Shown here in pieces: positions 31,201 to 40,613 of a stretch of DNA of 64,000 nt (its first letter is position 1; each line of letters opens with the position of its first letter). Where the stretch lies: IMG/VR virus record IMGVR_UViG_3300005573_000061; one strand, given 5' to 3'. Source of the DNA: an uncultured virus (IMG/VR IMGVR_UViG_3300005573_000061). Its lineage: Duplodnaviria; Heunggongvirae; Uroviricota; Caudoviricetes. The notes under the pieces are model-generated. The model saw nothing but the letters and a program-made list of their open reading frames with translations, was not told where the DNA came from and did no database searches. The position numbers and the translations under genes are program-made.

Positions 31201-32554
31201 GCGGCTCCATACGCCCACGAGTCATAAAGCGTGCCAGAGGAAGATTATTTTCGATAGGATCAATCTCAGTGATATCAGCTAAATATGCGACCAAACAAGC
31301 ACCACCCGATCCACGAGAGGGACCCATAATGCATCCCCGACCACCCCGGCTTCGATGCTTAGACCACTGTGAATAATCTGCAACAATATTAAAATAGCCA
31401 CAGAATTTCTTATCGATATACATCCTCATTTCTTCCTCGAAACGAGCAATATACACATCCTCTGGCTGAGACTTTCCTTTGACTTTACGATCCCAGTTAG
31501 CAAGACAAATCTCGGTCAGTCTCTTCACATCTTGCTCAATCAGAGTTTTATTTAATTCATCTTTAGGCAGTCCACCCATAGCTTGCGTTGGCTTGGAGAA
31601 AATAGGTGGATCAGTCTCCCCAGAGATACGAGCGTTGCACCGATCAGCAACAACCTTGGTATTAGCAATTGCTTGTTGGATGACTTCTTGAGGGTAGTGT
31701 TTTGCCATACGTGCATAAACTTCATCTCCACTCATTAGATGATAATCTTCGTGATTCGAGAATAGATCAGACTCGTCTTGCAAGTCCTTGTTGGTCTGCA
31801 TAGCAATCCAAATAGCATGTAGCGATTGATCCCCAGCACACGGATAGTGAGAATCGACCGCTGCTACCAAAGGCACATTATATTCCTGAGATAGCTTGAT
31901 CAACTCATAGTTTACTGCAATTTGCTTAGGGATCTCATTGACATGAAATTCGATATATAGACGATCCCCGAAAATACGCTTGAGTCTCAGTAGATTAGCG
32001 ACACCCAAATCCGGACGATTTTGATAGGGATGAGAGCGCTCTTCATCCAATGGCAACAAAGGGGTGGTTACTGGCCCACGCAAACAAGCAGTAGAGCAGA
32101 TGATTCCCTCATTAAAACGCTCAAGTACCTCCCAATCAATGCGTGGTCGATAGTAGTATCCCTCCCGATAAGCAGCCGTAGACATGGCCCACAAATTGCG
32201 TAGACCCTGATCATCCATCGCCCACAGGACTAGATGGTAGTAGCCATCCTTTAGCTCTATCTGCTTTTCCTTGTCGCCAGCCTCAGGACGCACCAGACGA
32301 TCATCGACAAAATAAGCCTCTAGACCAAATATGGGCTTTATTCCTTTTGCGTCTGCTACACGCTGCAACAAAGAGTGAGAAGCACATACACCGTGATCTG
32401 TGATAGCAACGGCTGTCTGTTCAAATCCAGCTATCGTGTCTATGATTTCGTCAACCTTGGAAAGGCCATCAAGGGCCGAGAATTCTGAGTGGGTATGCAA
32501 ATTTACAAATGTATCAGTCAATCTGTTGCCTTCCTCCTGGGTAGCATATCGCAT
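28211..32554 (-). CDS. dnaE: DNA polymerase III alpha subunit with intein
   Basis: PHP motifs HTHSEFS..DG and AITDHG, SRGSGG, PPDFDLD, HAAG, KFDFL, FAKY|SFNKAH, C-terminal OB fold. Confidence 0.95.
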   Translation of the reverse strand: MRYATQEEGNRLTDTFVNLHTHSEFSALDGLSKVDEIIDTIAGFEQTAVAITDHGVCASHSLLQRVADAKGIKPIFGLEAYFVDDRLVRPEAGDKEKQIELKDGYYHLVLWAMDDQGLRNLWAMSTAAYREGYYYRPRIDWEVLERFNEGIICSTACLRGPVTTPLLPLDEERSHPYQNRPDLGVANLLRLKRIFGDRLYIEFHVNEIPKQIAVNYELIKLSQEYNVPLVAAVDSHYPCAGDQSLHAIWIAMQTNKDLQDESDLFSNHEDYHLMSGDEVYARMAKHYPQEVIQQAIANTKVVADRCNARISGETDPPIFSKPTQAMGGLPKDELNKTLIEQDVKRLTEICLANWDRKVKGKSQPEDVYIARFEEEMRMYIDKKFCGYFNIVADYSQWSKHRSRGGRGCIMGPSRGSGGACLVAYLADITEIDPIENNLPLARFMTRGRMEPPDFDLDWPASMREELTDYVVNRWGESQVVRVGTHIRLKNKGAFQNVVRVFKSTRPVDPMDLKAIGKIIDDEEADSAGLGKSWDLVYTANEDLFAPYVKKYPWLFEIVEGVVGRLKSYGKHAAGLVISTGEPLVNRLPMRVGDDGRLISDFDFPELEALGLLKFDFLTLRTLDTIQECVDRIYENHGVKINIYDWKDEYFDPEVWKRTLAVSRTMGLFQVETAPVTALNKRIKPMTMAELSAVITLVRPGPTRSGLTESYIRRKFGKEEIILPDNRLADALSETFGCIVYQEDIINTCKILARYDDEEADAVRKILGKKKVEKVIEAGNKFIPACVDNEMKEEDAQLLWSQMAEFAKYCVSGDTKVHLAASGRNSDGTISAEDLYRKINAPLLPAKFGKVKLEDQYKGPCVVCGSSFSPKWQRGACQSCYVWRQKFQNPLRGVYGLTVDADSRVRPSRILMVHKHEPALTFTIALADGKTITATANHKHLTPNGLRRVDELAIGDCLLVDAGYEMHKYGPGEYRTTEGQRLLEGSVNNAFGDENYGYVDGGYGSLMAWTAQAPEFCESCGHDGSINRLERAHLDGRRINNDWSNLKMLCVSCHKKFDYQFNERQKRWGKGHPTQAVTIISIEEKEVEPVYSVVMDDPHIWIANGIATSNSFNKAHAFGYAVLCYWTAWFKTHYPQEFMASLLSTVDNDRIPDFVNECRILDIPLLPPNINLSGPDFTIHGDAIMWGFEGIKGIAGAATKAIMQGQPYSSFDDFMERKGAACHSNHIAMLAGVGAFDDLVPNRRSLMDSLAYDESEECGRCVDWVSKFNEYGLPCKYDWNNEPVELTKTGKPKKRKPVPKRCTKACRNYRPSDKPDFSVEDPYTEEDIRDMEMKYLGVWLSSTPFDRLDPNDLQMCLKASELDDAPAGDHLVAAMVKKVTERIDSNGNQYAWLGLYAQDGDLDLPMWNQAWKKFGRSIVPGKLYVTIIRKTIKDDKPRMNVSSIMPLE
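29228..30130 (-). mobile_element. Intein (301 aa) with HNH endonuclease and an extra Zn finger
   Basis: CVSGDT start, block B TATANHKHLT, HNH CESCG...AHLDG...NN...NL..LCVSCHKKFD, end ANGIATSN followed by Ser+1. Confidence 0.9.
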
Positions 32555-32582
32555 TCATCCAGGGAAGTGTCGGATACACCAA

Positions 32583-32629
32583 AGATCCCACTGAGGTTTG
32601 GGGAAGGGGGCTTAACCTCAGTGGGATCT
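32583..32629. terminator. Perfect 16-bp inverted repeat between the SSB-like gene and dnaE (terminator/attenuator)
   Basis: AGATCCCACTGAGGTT-15nt-AACCTCAGTGGGATCT. Confidence 0.7.
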
Positions 32630-32640
32630 AAGAGCTTTAT

Positions 32641-33561
32641 TCAGTCTCCAAAATCAGGAGCATTATTTGCATTTGCAGCATAAGATTCGATTCTACTACG
32701 CAAATCTGTCATAGAATCTTCATTTGCTGGAGCGGGAGCATCATTAGAGGTATCTTCACCCTCGCTCACTACATTTCCTGCACGATCAATCTGAGGCTTA
32801 GAGGGATCAAAGTACATACCGTAATACTCATCACTGCTCTGAGTATCAAGCAGATGAAATGTATCCCACTTCGCAGGATAGTGAAAAACGCCATCCTTGA
32901 TGGTAATGCCGTAACGGGCCGCATTTTCCGGCTTACGAAGATCGCCCTCGGGATCCTTGTCCATAGGAGTGATCGTATATTCGGTAGTCTGATCATTACC
33001 AATACGCTTAATATAATAATCACGATCTAAGATCGTTCCATACACCTCAGCGTATCCCTCCATCTTACCAATAAAGTTACGATGAGATTGAACTACATAA
33101 ACGATATCAGGTACCTGCTTGGTGTTACCGGTAGGCTTGCCATCGTCTCCAAGCTCAGCAACGGTCTTCTTCTTATCAACCCAATTGCCATTCTCATCTT
33201 TCTCACGCAAAACAGCAGCAAAGAAAGTACGAGTTTGACGTGATATTGCCTTACCCTTCTCATCCACTACCGGCTTATCACAAATGTAGCAATCCTTATG
33301 AATATACTCTCCATCTCCACCCTTGGTCTTACGACAAACGGCAGAAAGAACCTTCGGCCAAGACTTACGACTCTCTGGCTTATCCTTCTGCACAGGAACA
33401 AAGGAATGATATTCAGCCGTAGGCCAATCGCTTGCCTCCATAAGAGGACGAATGACTGCGCTCTCCTGATCCCCTAACTTGAACCAACCTGTGGTGTCAA
33501 ATGCGGCCTGGTTGTTGACCTTTACAGCAGCGCCTTCGGCGCCTCTACGGAAGTTTGACAT
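32641..33561 (-). CDS. Single-stranded DNA-binding protein (gp32-like)
   Basis: WFKL.D.E...IR, H...VC...CYICD Zn site, IKRIG...TEY; acidic C-terminal tail; replication operon. Confidence 0.72.
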   Translation of the reverse strand: MSNFRRGAEGAAVKVNNQAAFDTTGWFKLGDQESAVIRPLMEASDWPTAEYHSFVPVQKDKPESRKSWPKVLSAVCRKTKGGDGEYIHKDCYICDKPVVDEKGKAISRQTRTFFAAVLREKDENGNWVDKKKTVAELGDDGKPTGNTKQVPDIVYVVQSHRNFIGKMEGYAEVYGTILDRDYYIKRIGNDQTTEYTITPMDKDPEGDLRKPENAARYGITIKDGVFHYPAKWDTFHLLDTQSSDEYYGMYFDPSKPQIDRAGNVVSEGEDTSNDAPAPANEDSMTDLRSRIESYAANANNAPDFGD

Positions 33562-33600
33562 TGTATCTTCTTTCTTGTTTTTTTTGCTCTTAGTTTATTC

Positions 33601-34503
33601 TTAGTTTACTGTTTGTGTAGCTAAATGTAGGATCTTATCGGCTGCTTCCGACACCATAGCAGATGCGGGAGATTCCTCAATTCCAATGAACGCTACAATC
33701 ATAGATTCTACCATACAAACCTTCGCAGGTCCATTTGTAATACCGACCGATAAACGCACAATTGCTTCTCTAGCAGCTAATTCTTGAATTAGGGCAAGCT
33801 GCCATTCACGCAATTTATTAGTATCGTATATGTCCGTACCCAACAGGTAGTATCCCCATCTCCAGCGAAGATCAAACTCAACATTATCATCCGTCCAGTT
33901 TTTAGGACTTGGATTAATACTCTTATTGATAAAATCTTGTAAATCAATAGTTTCAGTAGCCATCTCTTGCTGCTCGTCAAACGTGGGCATACGCCCATCA
34001 TTTTCTTTAATCAAGTCTCGGGTTATCTGATCCTTGACATATTGAGCTATATAGTCATCAAAGAATACCGACCCAAACTCGGTAGCATCATAGGCTCTAC
34101 GCACAGCCGGATTTAAAAGCTGTTTAACGATATAAGTTAAACGTACCGACTCATCTCCTCGCAATGCTTGGTATGCCGTCCGAATCTCTCGGGTGGAAGC
34201 AGACCAATGAACACCCAACTCTCGGTAATAGTTATTTACATCCCATACCACGGTAGGCCATTTTTCCAAGGTGGTATTAGAGGTAAATACCATTGGGCCA
34301 GCCTTGATAGCTCTCGGGACCTGCTTTTTGATAGCTTCCTCTAGAGCCGCCTGAGCTTCAGCCTTCTTTTCAGCATCTAACTGATGCAATTCCGCCCACT
34401 CAACGGGATCGCCCTCCCAAATATCAGGCTTAAATCTACCTATACCTGCACCAGTACCAGCATACCGAATAAGTTGTGGTGGTTTTACATACGAAAGATC
34501 CAT
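33601..34503 (-). CDS. J-domain-like protein lacking HPD
   Basis: NYYRELGV...AS..EIRTAY...LLNP..RRAYD. Confidence 0.7.
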   Translation of the reverse strand: MDLSYVKPPQLIRYAGTGAGIGRFKPDIWEGDPVEWAELHQLDAEKKAEAQAALEEAIKKQVPRAIKAGPMVFTSNTTLEKWPTVVWDVNNYYRELGVHWSASTREIRTAYQALRGDESVRLTYIVKQLLNPAVRRAYDATEFGSVFFDDYIAQYVKDQITRDLIKENDGRMPTFDEQQEMATETIDLQDFINKSINPSPKNWTDDNVEFDLRWRWGYYLLGTDIYDTNKLREWQLALIQELAAREAIVRLSVGITNGPAKVCMVESMIVAFIGIEESPASAMVSEAADKILHLATQTVN

Positions 34504-34506
34504 CTG

Positions 34507-34635
34507 TTACTTCTGATTTTCCTCAGCTAGCTCCTCAGCATCCTCATTCGTCCATTGAACGCTTGACTTCTTGCTCAGCTTCTCTCCATTTTCGTTCAAG
34601 ATCGGTTGTGCTGTCCCGGTTTTGCGAATCGTCAT
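34507..34635 (-). CDS. 42-aa small protein overlapping the 3' end of the upstream ORF (absent from ORF track)
   Basis: GGAGG-6nt-ATG; MTIRKTGTAQPILNENGEKLSKKSSVQWTNEDAEELAEENQK*; stop 3 nt before the next ATG. Confidence 0.65.
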   Translation of the reverse strand: MTIRKTGTAQPILNENGEKLSKKSSVQWTNEDAEELAEENQK

Positions 34636-34822
34636 ATTTATCCTCCGTTTGTGAAATATCCCACTCACTGATTTTGCGATGAGAGGATTCTAACAATTTC
34701 AACATTATATCACGTTGAACCTCAGAACAACCATAAAAGTTAAATCCAGCTTCTCCAAACCGACCCTCCTTGGCTGCTCTGTCTTGATCATAAACCTCAA
34801 GGTGTAATACTAAGCTTGCCAT
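34544..34822 (-). CDS. Hypothetical protein
   Basis: Probable start MASLVLHL overlapping the primase stop. Confidence 0.5.
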   Translation of the reverse strand: MASLVLHLEVYDQDRAAKEGRFGEAGFNFYGCSEVQRDIMLKLLESSHRKISEWDISQTEDKYDDSQNRDSTTDLERKWREAEQEVKRSMDE

Positions 34823-35889
34823 GGTATCAAATCCTTCGGTGGATTCCACAAACTATATGGAATTGGATGCTCTAACATATCAGTCAACACTGAATCACTT
34901 AAATCTGCCACATCTGCATCATAAGAATTGTCAGCTACCAACACATTAGTATAAGGCATCAAGGCATCTCCTACCTTACGAGTAGCACCCCAACCAGCCT
35001 CATCATTATCAAAGAATAAAATTACCTTATTGTGTTCAGCTAAAAGCTTGATTTGACGATCCGTAACGCTAGCACCAAAGGTAGCCTCTAAATTCGGAGC
35101 TACATGCCATTTGGATATAACACTCATAGGAGATTCTACCACTACAGCCGAATATCTTCGATAGTTATAAATAGTAGAGTCTTTGGGTAGATCAGGTGAT
35201 GAAATATATTTAGCGGTCCCATCATTAAAGATCCTTCTGGATTGCCATCCAGTCAGAACGCCTTTCCAAAAGTGAGGGATGATGATGCGCTCAGACATCT
35301 TCCAACTAGATTGAAATGGCACTCTGGTCGTTGGATTATATCCAACTAAAAAGTGCTTCAGATTATCTACCGGAATTCCTCTTTGCTCAGTCATATATGG
35401 ATGAATAGCCAACCATGGCTGCAAAACACTAAAATCCAGGTGGGGTATAGGAGAATGCTGTACCCGAGCGGGTGACCAGATTGCATCAAAATATTCAAGT
35501 AACGATGCCAGATTTTGCTCTTCGCCACCAGTACCAGTTTCCGACTTGAGCCAGCTACGAGCATCTTCCGAAGATGTTCCTCGACACACGCCAATAAACC
35601 AAAGCAATCCACCTGAGTTACCGCAACCCCAGCAATTGAATGTCAGCTTTTGATAATTAAGACTGGCTGAAGGGTTCAAGTCTCCATTCTTATGACCACC
35701 AAATGGCAGTATGCAAGAGTGAATAATTTCACCGTTCGCATTGATACGAGAGATGTTAGTACATCCAAATTCCTGTAACAGATTGATACACATACTCTGT
35801 TTCTGTGCATCGGAGAGTAATGACACTTCAGCGAAATTCGCTGAAAGTACATTAGGATTTCCCTGGGTACCTGTGCGAAATTTACTCAT
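34810..35889 (-). CDS. dnaG: DNA primase (Zn-binding + TOPRIM)
   Basis: C..PF..H.....PS....FNCWGCG, VVES, FFDNDEAG and DAD motifs. Confidence 0.9.
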   Translation of the reverse strand: MSKFRTGTQGNPNVLSANFAEVSLLSDAQKQSMCINLLQEFGCTNISRINANGEIIHSCILPFGGHKNGDLNPSASLNYQKLTFNCWGCGNSGGLLWFIGVCRGTSSEDARSWLKSETGTGGEEQNLASLLEYFDAIWSPARVQHSPIPHLDFSVLQPWLAIHPYMTEQRGIPVDNLKHFLVGYNPTTRVPFQSSWKMSERIIIPHFWKGVLTGWQSRRIFNDGTAKYISSPDLPKDSTIYNYRRYSAVVVESPMSVISKWHVAPNLEATFGASVTDRQIKLLAEHNKVILFFDNDEAGWGATRKVGDALMPYTNVLVADNSYDADVADLSDSVLTDMLEHPIPYSLWNPPKDLIPWQA

Positions 35890-35895
35890 AGGTAT

Positions 35896-37206
35896 TCATT
35901 CGCTCCATGGTTGAATTTCTTCATTGATCTTTACAAATCCAATAGATGGTCTAAAAGACATATCCCACCATTTCACCGGAGCACGACGAGCGGCAAGCAC
36001 CTGAAATAGCACATGGCTCATGGCGTACATATCATGACTCTGATACATAGAAAATACAAAGTCACACCACCGCTCTCCAGCCGAAGACTCAGCTAGATCG
36101 GTCATCTCATGATAACCACGAGAATCAGCAGCCTTCTTCCCCTCTCGATTTATCTGATGCAACAATAATGCTGGGAGTGGCTTATATCCCATATTCAAGC
36201 AATCCTTCAGGCTACTGATTGTTTCAGCAAACTGCGTAGGACGATGAGATTGCTTACCCTTGTACTCCACATGAGAAAACTGATCAATGATAATTGAGTC
36301 AGCCTCACGCACCTGAGCAAAGCGTACCATAGCCTCAGGAGTACGGGTGCCCGGCTCCGGAGAAAAGACAAAGAAAGGATGCTCAGCACCCTCCATCTCT
36401 TCAATTGTGGTTTTTACCCGCTCTACATCAATTTCTGCACATTCACCTCTCTGCCATGCGGTGGAGTCCACCCCACAAGCAATACATGCCAAACGATCCA
36501 AAGTCATATCAATAGAGTTTTCCAGAGTGAACAATGCAGGGATTCTTCCCGTCTGCCATTCCCTCAATGCAATGATATCTGCTGCGTAAGACTTACCCAC
36601 CTTGGCAAAAGCCGCCAGCATAGCAAGCTCACCATCTTGAACCATATTGGTGTAATGATCTAACTCCGGCATACCGAGAGTCAGACCTGGCATAACTTCG
36701 TTTGCAGCACGTCTGTAATATGCGTCAAGGCGATCTCTCATACCCTCCCGCACATCGACCACCCTGCGCCGATCTTGGAGCAGAGAAACTAATTGTACGC
36801 CTTGAGAAATAAAATCCGAGAATGTGGTTAGACGATCTTCGTCATCGGATTCAGCTAAGTGCTGAGCGCCTTCACGCATAAGCTTTTGAGACTGTGCCGT
36901 GACATAGCTAGCCTTTAACGAATTGGATACCCAATCAATAGAGGTTTCAGCACCCTCCCTCCACTCCAATTCCAGATCATCCAGCATATTGCCAATAGTG
37001 CGACCAGCAGAAACCTCGTGGCTATCAAAGACCTCCTCAGTCGGTGCAATGCGAGCCGATAGAAAGTAATCGACAGCAAATTCATATACGTCCTGAAGTT
37101 CAGGAGTGGGTATTAGTTCGGTACGGAATCCCTGCTTAATCAGAAACTCCACGGAATCCTCATCCAGAAGATGAGCGATTAGCTGTTTTTCAGAATAGCG
37201 ACTCAT
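35896..37206 (-). CDS. dnaB: DnaB-like replicative helicase
   Basis: AFAKVGKS, FTLEN, IIIDQ, HQINR, DLAES. Confidence 0.9.
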   Translation of the reverse strand: MSRYSEKQLIAHLLDEDSVEFLIKQGFRTELIPTPELQDVYEFAVDYFLSARIAPTEEVFDSHEVSAGRTIGNMLDDLELEWREGAETSIDWVSNSLKASYVTAQSQKLMREGAQHLAESDDEDRLTTFSDFISQGVQLVSLLQDRRRVVDVREGMRDRLDAYYRRAANEVMPGLTLGMPELDHYTNMVQDGELAMLAAFAKVGKSYAADIIALREWQTGRIPALFTLENSIDMTLDRLACIACGVDSTAWQRGECAEIDVERVKTTIEEMEGAEHPFFVFSPEPGTRTPEAMVRFAQVREADSIIIDQFSHVEYKGKQSHRPTQFAETISSLKDCLNMGYKPLPALLLHQINREGKKAADSRGYHEMTDLAESSAGERWCDFVFSMYQSHDMYAMSHVLFQVLAARRAPVKWWDMSFRPSIGFVKINEEIQPWSE

Positions 37207-37210
37207 TTGC

Positions 37211-38137
37211 TCACAGTACGATTGGTCTAGTCAAACCCTGGCGAATTTCGTTTCTCTTCCGCTCTTCAGCAATATTACGAAAGTCTGCACTTTCAAATTT
37301 GAAGAACTGATTAGATTCAGTAAGTAGTGAGAGCACGTTGCCCCCATACTTATTTTGTAGCTGGGTTCGATCTAGATTTGTGGTCACGAACGTTGGCATC
37401 GATTGATTTACCCGATGCCTTACAATCTCGTCAAGAGTGGATTCTGCAATAGCTGTGGCGACATGGACCACAGAGGCATTGGACTTGTAATCCCGATCAT
37501 CGACCACCTGATTAGTGGCATCTTTTGCTCGGAAAACAGTCATCTGCTGCTCTCGCCCAATATCATCAATGATGAGGATTCTAGCATTACGAATCCTCTT
37601 GTAAAACCAAGCCTTTTCCTCTTGGGAAACAAAGCCTGATCTGAATTTCTCAAGCAAATCCGCAAAGGTTGTAAAATACCCATCATATCCTTTACGAATG
37701 AGGTACTTCAACAAGAGATTAATAAACAAGGTCTTGCCAGTTCCCATGGTCCCATAAAGAGTGATACCTAAACCATTTCGGATGTATGGCTCGTAATTAG
37801 TTGTGTAATCTTGAATTGGCTCGGGGATAGGTATAGCCCGATCCCGCCACGACATGCGCTGATACTGCATACCAATTCCGCAATGGAAAAGATATCGATT
37901 CAACATCCACTGATTGTCACAAGCGCACTCAAATTCTACAACATCCTCTCCTCCTCCCTGAGGTTGTTGAGGATCGTGAGTATCTAGCGCATCATAGCGA
38001 AACCATTGAAAAGTCTTTTTACCATTACAAGTAGGACAGTGATCGGGGGTAGCAGGAAGATTAGGATACTGAGCCATCAATCGATGAGAATCAGTATCTT
38101 TCAAAAACGGTACTTTATACTCCGGTAAATGAAACAT
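37211..38137 (-). CDS. dnaC: DnaC/IstB-like helicase loader
   Basis: CPTC...CAC Zn site, GTMGTGKT, LIIDDIG, TTNL. Confidence 0.88.
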   Translation of the reverse strand: MFHLPEYKVPFLKDTDSHRLMAQYPNLPATPDHCPTCNGKKTFQWFRYDALDTHDPQQPQGGGEDVVEFECACDNQWMLNRYLFHCGIGMQYQRMSWRDRAIPIPEPIQDYTTNYEPYIRNGLGITLYGTMGTGKTLFINLLLKYLIRKGYDGYFTTFADLLEKFRSGFVSQEEKAWFYKRIRNARILIIDDIGREQQMTVFRAKDATNQVVDDRDYKSNASVVHVATAIAESTLDEIVRHRVNQSMPTFVTTNLDRTQLQNKYGGNVLSLLTESNQFFKFESADFRNIAEERKRNEIRQGLTRPIVL

Positions 38138-38992
38138 TCACACTTCCCATAGCTTGCCTTGAATCATGTTATAACGAATCATCTTTAGTTTATTGTCATC
38201 TAAATACTTCAAAAGCTGGGGCCAACGTGGATCCTTCGGCCCTTCCACCGGATTAAACCAGCCAATAGGTGGAACATCTACCTTAATATACCCACTTCTT
38301 AAATCTACTAACGCAGCATTCCTAATAAATGTTTCTGAATCAAAATCCTCTCCAGCGTCCCTGATCATCTGAACTATAGACCAGTCGGACGCTGCTAGCT
38401 TTTTTATTGCTGTCTTAGGACCATAACCTTTGACTCCAGGGATATTATCCACCTTGTCACCAGTAAGGGCGAGAATTAAAACATACTGCTCGGGGGTAAA
38501 CCCATTTTGTCTATTCCAACGGTCCAGGGTTAATGGGTTATTATCCCCCGGATGCCAGATAGTCACCTTCTCGTCTAACAATTGAGAGAAATCTTTATCA
38601 GCCGAAATAATATGTACATTTTCAGATTTATACATACGTACATATTCAGAAATGATATCGTCTGCTTCTACACCTGGAACCTCAAATTGCTCTAATCCAA
38701 GAGCCGTTACTAATTCCTTCGCCTTATCAAATATATCTGGTCCATCTGATTCCGGAGCGGGTAATCGCTGACCTTTATAGGTCGGGAGTATTTTCCTTCT
38801 AAAATCTGAATGATCACTATCCCAGCAAAGCATAACCTTACTAGGAGATGTGAGCCGACAATATTTAGCAATCATACTGGCAAATGTGGAAAGGGGCTCG
38901 GCGGCCAGCCCTGGATTCTCCGAATAACGCTTAGAGAGAGCATAGACTGCCCTCATTAGCAAATTTGCCCCGTCGATTAGGGTTACATTCAT
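38138..38992 (-). CDS. 5'-3' exonuclease / flap endonuclease (PolA N-terminal-like)
   Basis: LIDG.NL..R, YKGQR, EADD, SADKD, GDKVDNIPGVKGYGPKTA. Confidence 0.92.
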   Translation of the reverse strand: MNVTLIDGANLLMRAVYALSKRYSENPGLAAEPLSTFASMIAKYCRLTSPSKVMLCWDSDHSDFRRKILPTYKGQRLPAPESDGPDIFDKAKELVTALGLEQFEVPGVEADDIISEYVRMYKSENVHIISADKDFSQLLDEKVTIWHPGDNNPLTLDRWNRQNGFTPEQYVLILALTGDKVDNIPGVKGYGPKTAIKKLAASDWSIVQMIRDAGEDFDSETFIRNAALVDLRSGYIKVDVPPIGWFNPVEGPKDPRWPQLLKYLDDNKLKMIRYNMIQGKLWEV

Positions 38993-40062
38993 GAAACCTG
39001 TACATCTTTATAAAACCAAGCATTGAGCTTACGCAAGGCTTCCAAATCAGATTCTTCTACATGCTCAGCGCCAAGTCTATTTATCAATGCGAGAACCTGA
39101 TTGAAGTAATTAGCATAAATAGCACGCTCTTGCTGATATTGGGTAAGATACATTAAAAGATCCAATGCCTCTTCAGAAGCATCTCTTAGGGCATCTCTCC
39201 CATTATCTGGCTGAAGCAGACTACCATAACGTTGCAGACCAATAGCCTTACGACGTTCAATCTCCCGAATAACAGTATCTTGGATTGATTCATACTCATT
39301 CTTTTGAGGAAGCGCCTGATCGTGCTCTCGATTAGCACGAGTAGGAACGATATTTTCCTCAGTCTCCTCTGGATAATAACCCTGAGCCTCCAAAACAGCA
39401 TCAAACCCACTATTTGGAGATGGGGCAGCATGGATTACTGGCTCGGGCGCTTGAGGGGGTTCCTCAATTCCCAAAGGCCATTTTTCAGCGCCAGGTGCTA
39501 CATGACCCAACCAAGAAGAGGGAGGGCCAACAGTAAGATCATGCCGAGAGCCTTGGTAATAAGGATTACCCCTTTTAGCCTTTTCTAGTAAATATCCCCC
39601 GGGTTGCTCTGTTGGGGTTGGGGGTGAAGGAACGCCTAATGTATCCATTAAGTTATGCTCTCCTAGATGACGAGAGAGATCCTTTGCCATAGGACGTTCG
39701 CCACAACCGAAGGGACAATCCACTGGAGCCGATGGATGAGGCATACTGGTGCCTGGCATCGCATGCCCTTCGGCAAAAGTAACGGGGCGTGCCTGAAGAC
39801 CATCAATAGCTAATGGTGGAGTATATGGAGTTTTCTGTCCCCCTAAAACTCCACGCATTTTACTATCAAACCAGCGCTGTCGAGCCACTAAAGTAGTCTG
39901 AGATTCCCTAGCTGCATGGGGTCCTTCATGGGTATCTTGACCATCCGGAATAAGCACAGAGCACGAAAAAGCAGTATGAAGCTCTACCCACTTATCTTTC
40001 CCAGGATTCTCAGGGTCAGGACGCCAATATCCTTGAACTGGCTTTGCACACTCTCTAGCCAT
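38989..40062 (-). CDS. Multi-domain protein with C-terminal all-alpha NTP-pyrophosphatase (MazG-like) region
   Basis: G.QRYG..L...NGRDALRDASEEALDLLMYL; internal CPFGC..H...H finger. Confidence 0.5.
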   Translation of the reverse strand: MARECAKPVQGYWRPDPENPGKDKWVELHTAFSCSVLIPDGQDTHEGPHAARESQTTLVARQRWFDSKMRGVLGGQKTPYTPPLAIDGLQARPVTFAEGHAMPGTSMPHPSAPVDCPFGCGERPMAKDLSRHLGEHNLMDTLGVPSPPTPTEQPGGYLLEKAKRGNPYYQGSRHDLTVGPPSSWLGHVAPGAEKWPLGIEEPPQAPEPVIHAAPSPNSGFDAVLEAQGYYPEETEENIVPTRANREHDQALPQKNEYESIQDTVIREIERRKAIGLQRYGSLLQPDNGRDALRDASEEALDLLMYLTQYQQERAIYANYFNQVLALINRLGAEHVEESDLEALRKLNAWFYKDVQVS

Positions 40063-40609
40063 TTGTATCCTCCGAAGCCATCTTTATACGCTCGTACTTC
40101 TCAACTACTTCTAATTGATCAGGAGTCAATTCAATCTTCCAATCTTTATTATTTTTTCTGTTGAACTTTTCACGAGCCTGAACAATAAGACGAGGAGCAC
40201 GATAAAAAAGCAACTCCTCTTCAGAGGGTGCGCTTTTCTTTAGGGGATGGTTATGGTTATCGCCATCTTTAATTTTACTTTTAAAGTAATTCAAATCTAC
40301 TAAGATTTGGTTGGTGTTATCTGAATCTGTCCCAGCTAAAATCGCATACCGAGGATGATCGGTTTCTCTCCAATTTCTAACATCCGAAGAGTCTCCATAT
40401 TTAGTACCCTTATCTGAACACTCAGAAAGTACATCCCAGGATGGATCCTGAGAAGAAAGTATCTTACTGACTTCGATCATTCCCACTGGCTTGACCCATT
40501 CGGCCTTCAGACCAATCCAGGTCCAAAGACCCCGCCAATTCTTTTCCTTCATCATAGAAAGAAGAGGATTGATGTAAACCTCCATGTACATTTTTACATC
40601 GACCGGCAT
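40055..40609 (-). CDS. Hypothetical protein
   Basis: 184 aa, coupled in operon. Confidence 0.6.
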   Translation of the reverse strand: MPVDVKMYMEVYINPLLSMMKEKNWRGLWTWIGLKAEWVKPVGMIEVSKILSSQDPSWDVLSECSDKGTKYGDSSDVRNWRETDHPRYAILAGTDSDNTNQILVDLNYFKSKIKDGDNHNHPLKKSAPSEEELLFYRAPRLIVQAREKFNRKNNKDWKIELTPDQLEVVEKYERIKMASEDTNG

Positions 40610-40613
40610 ATAT

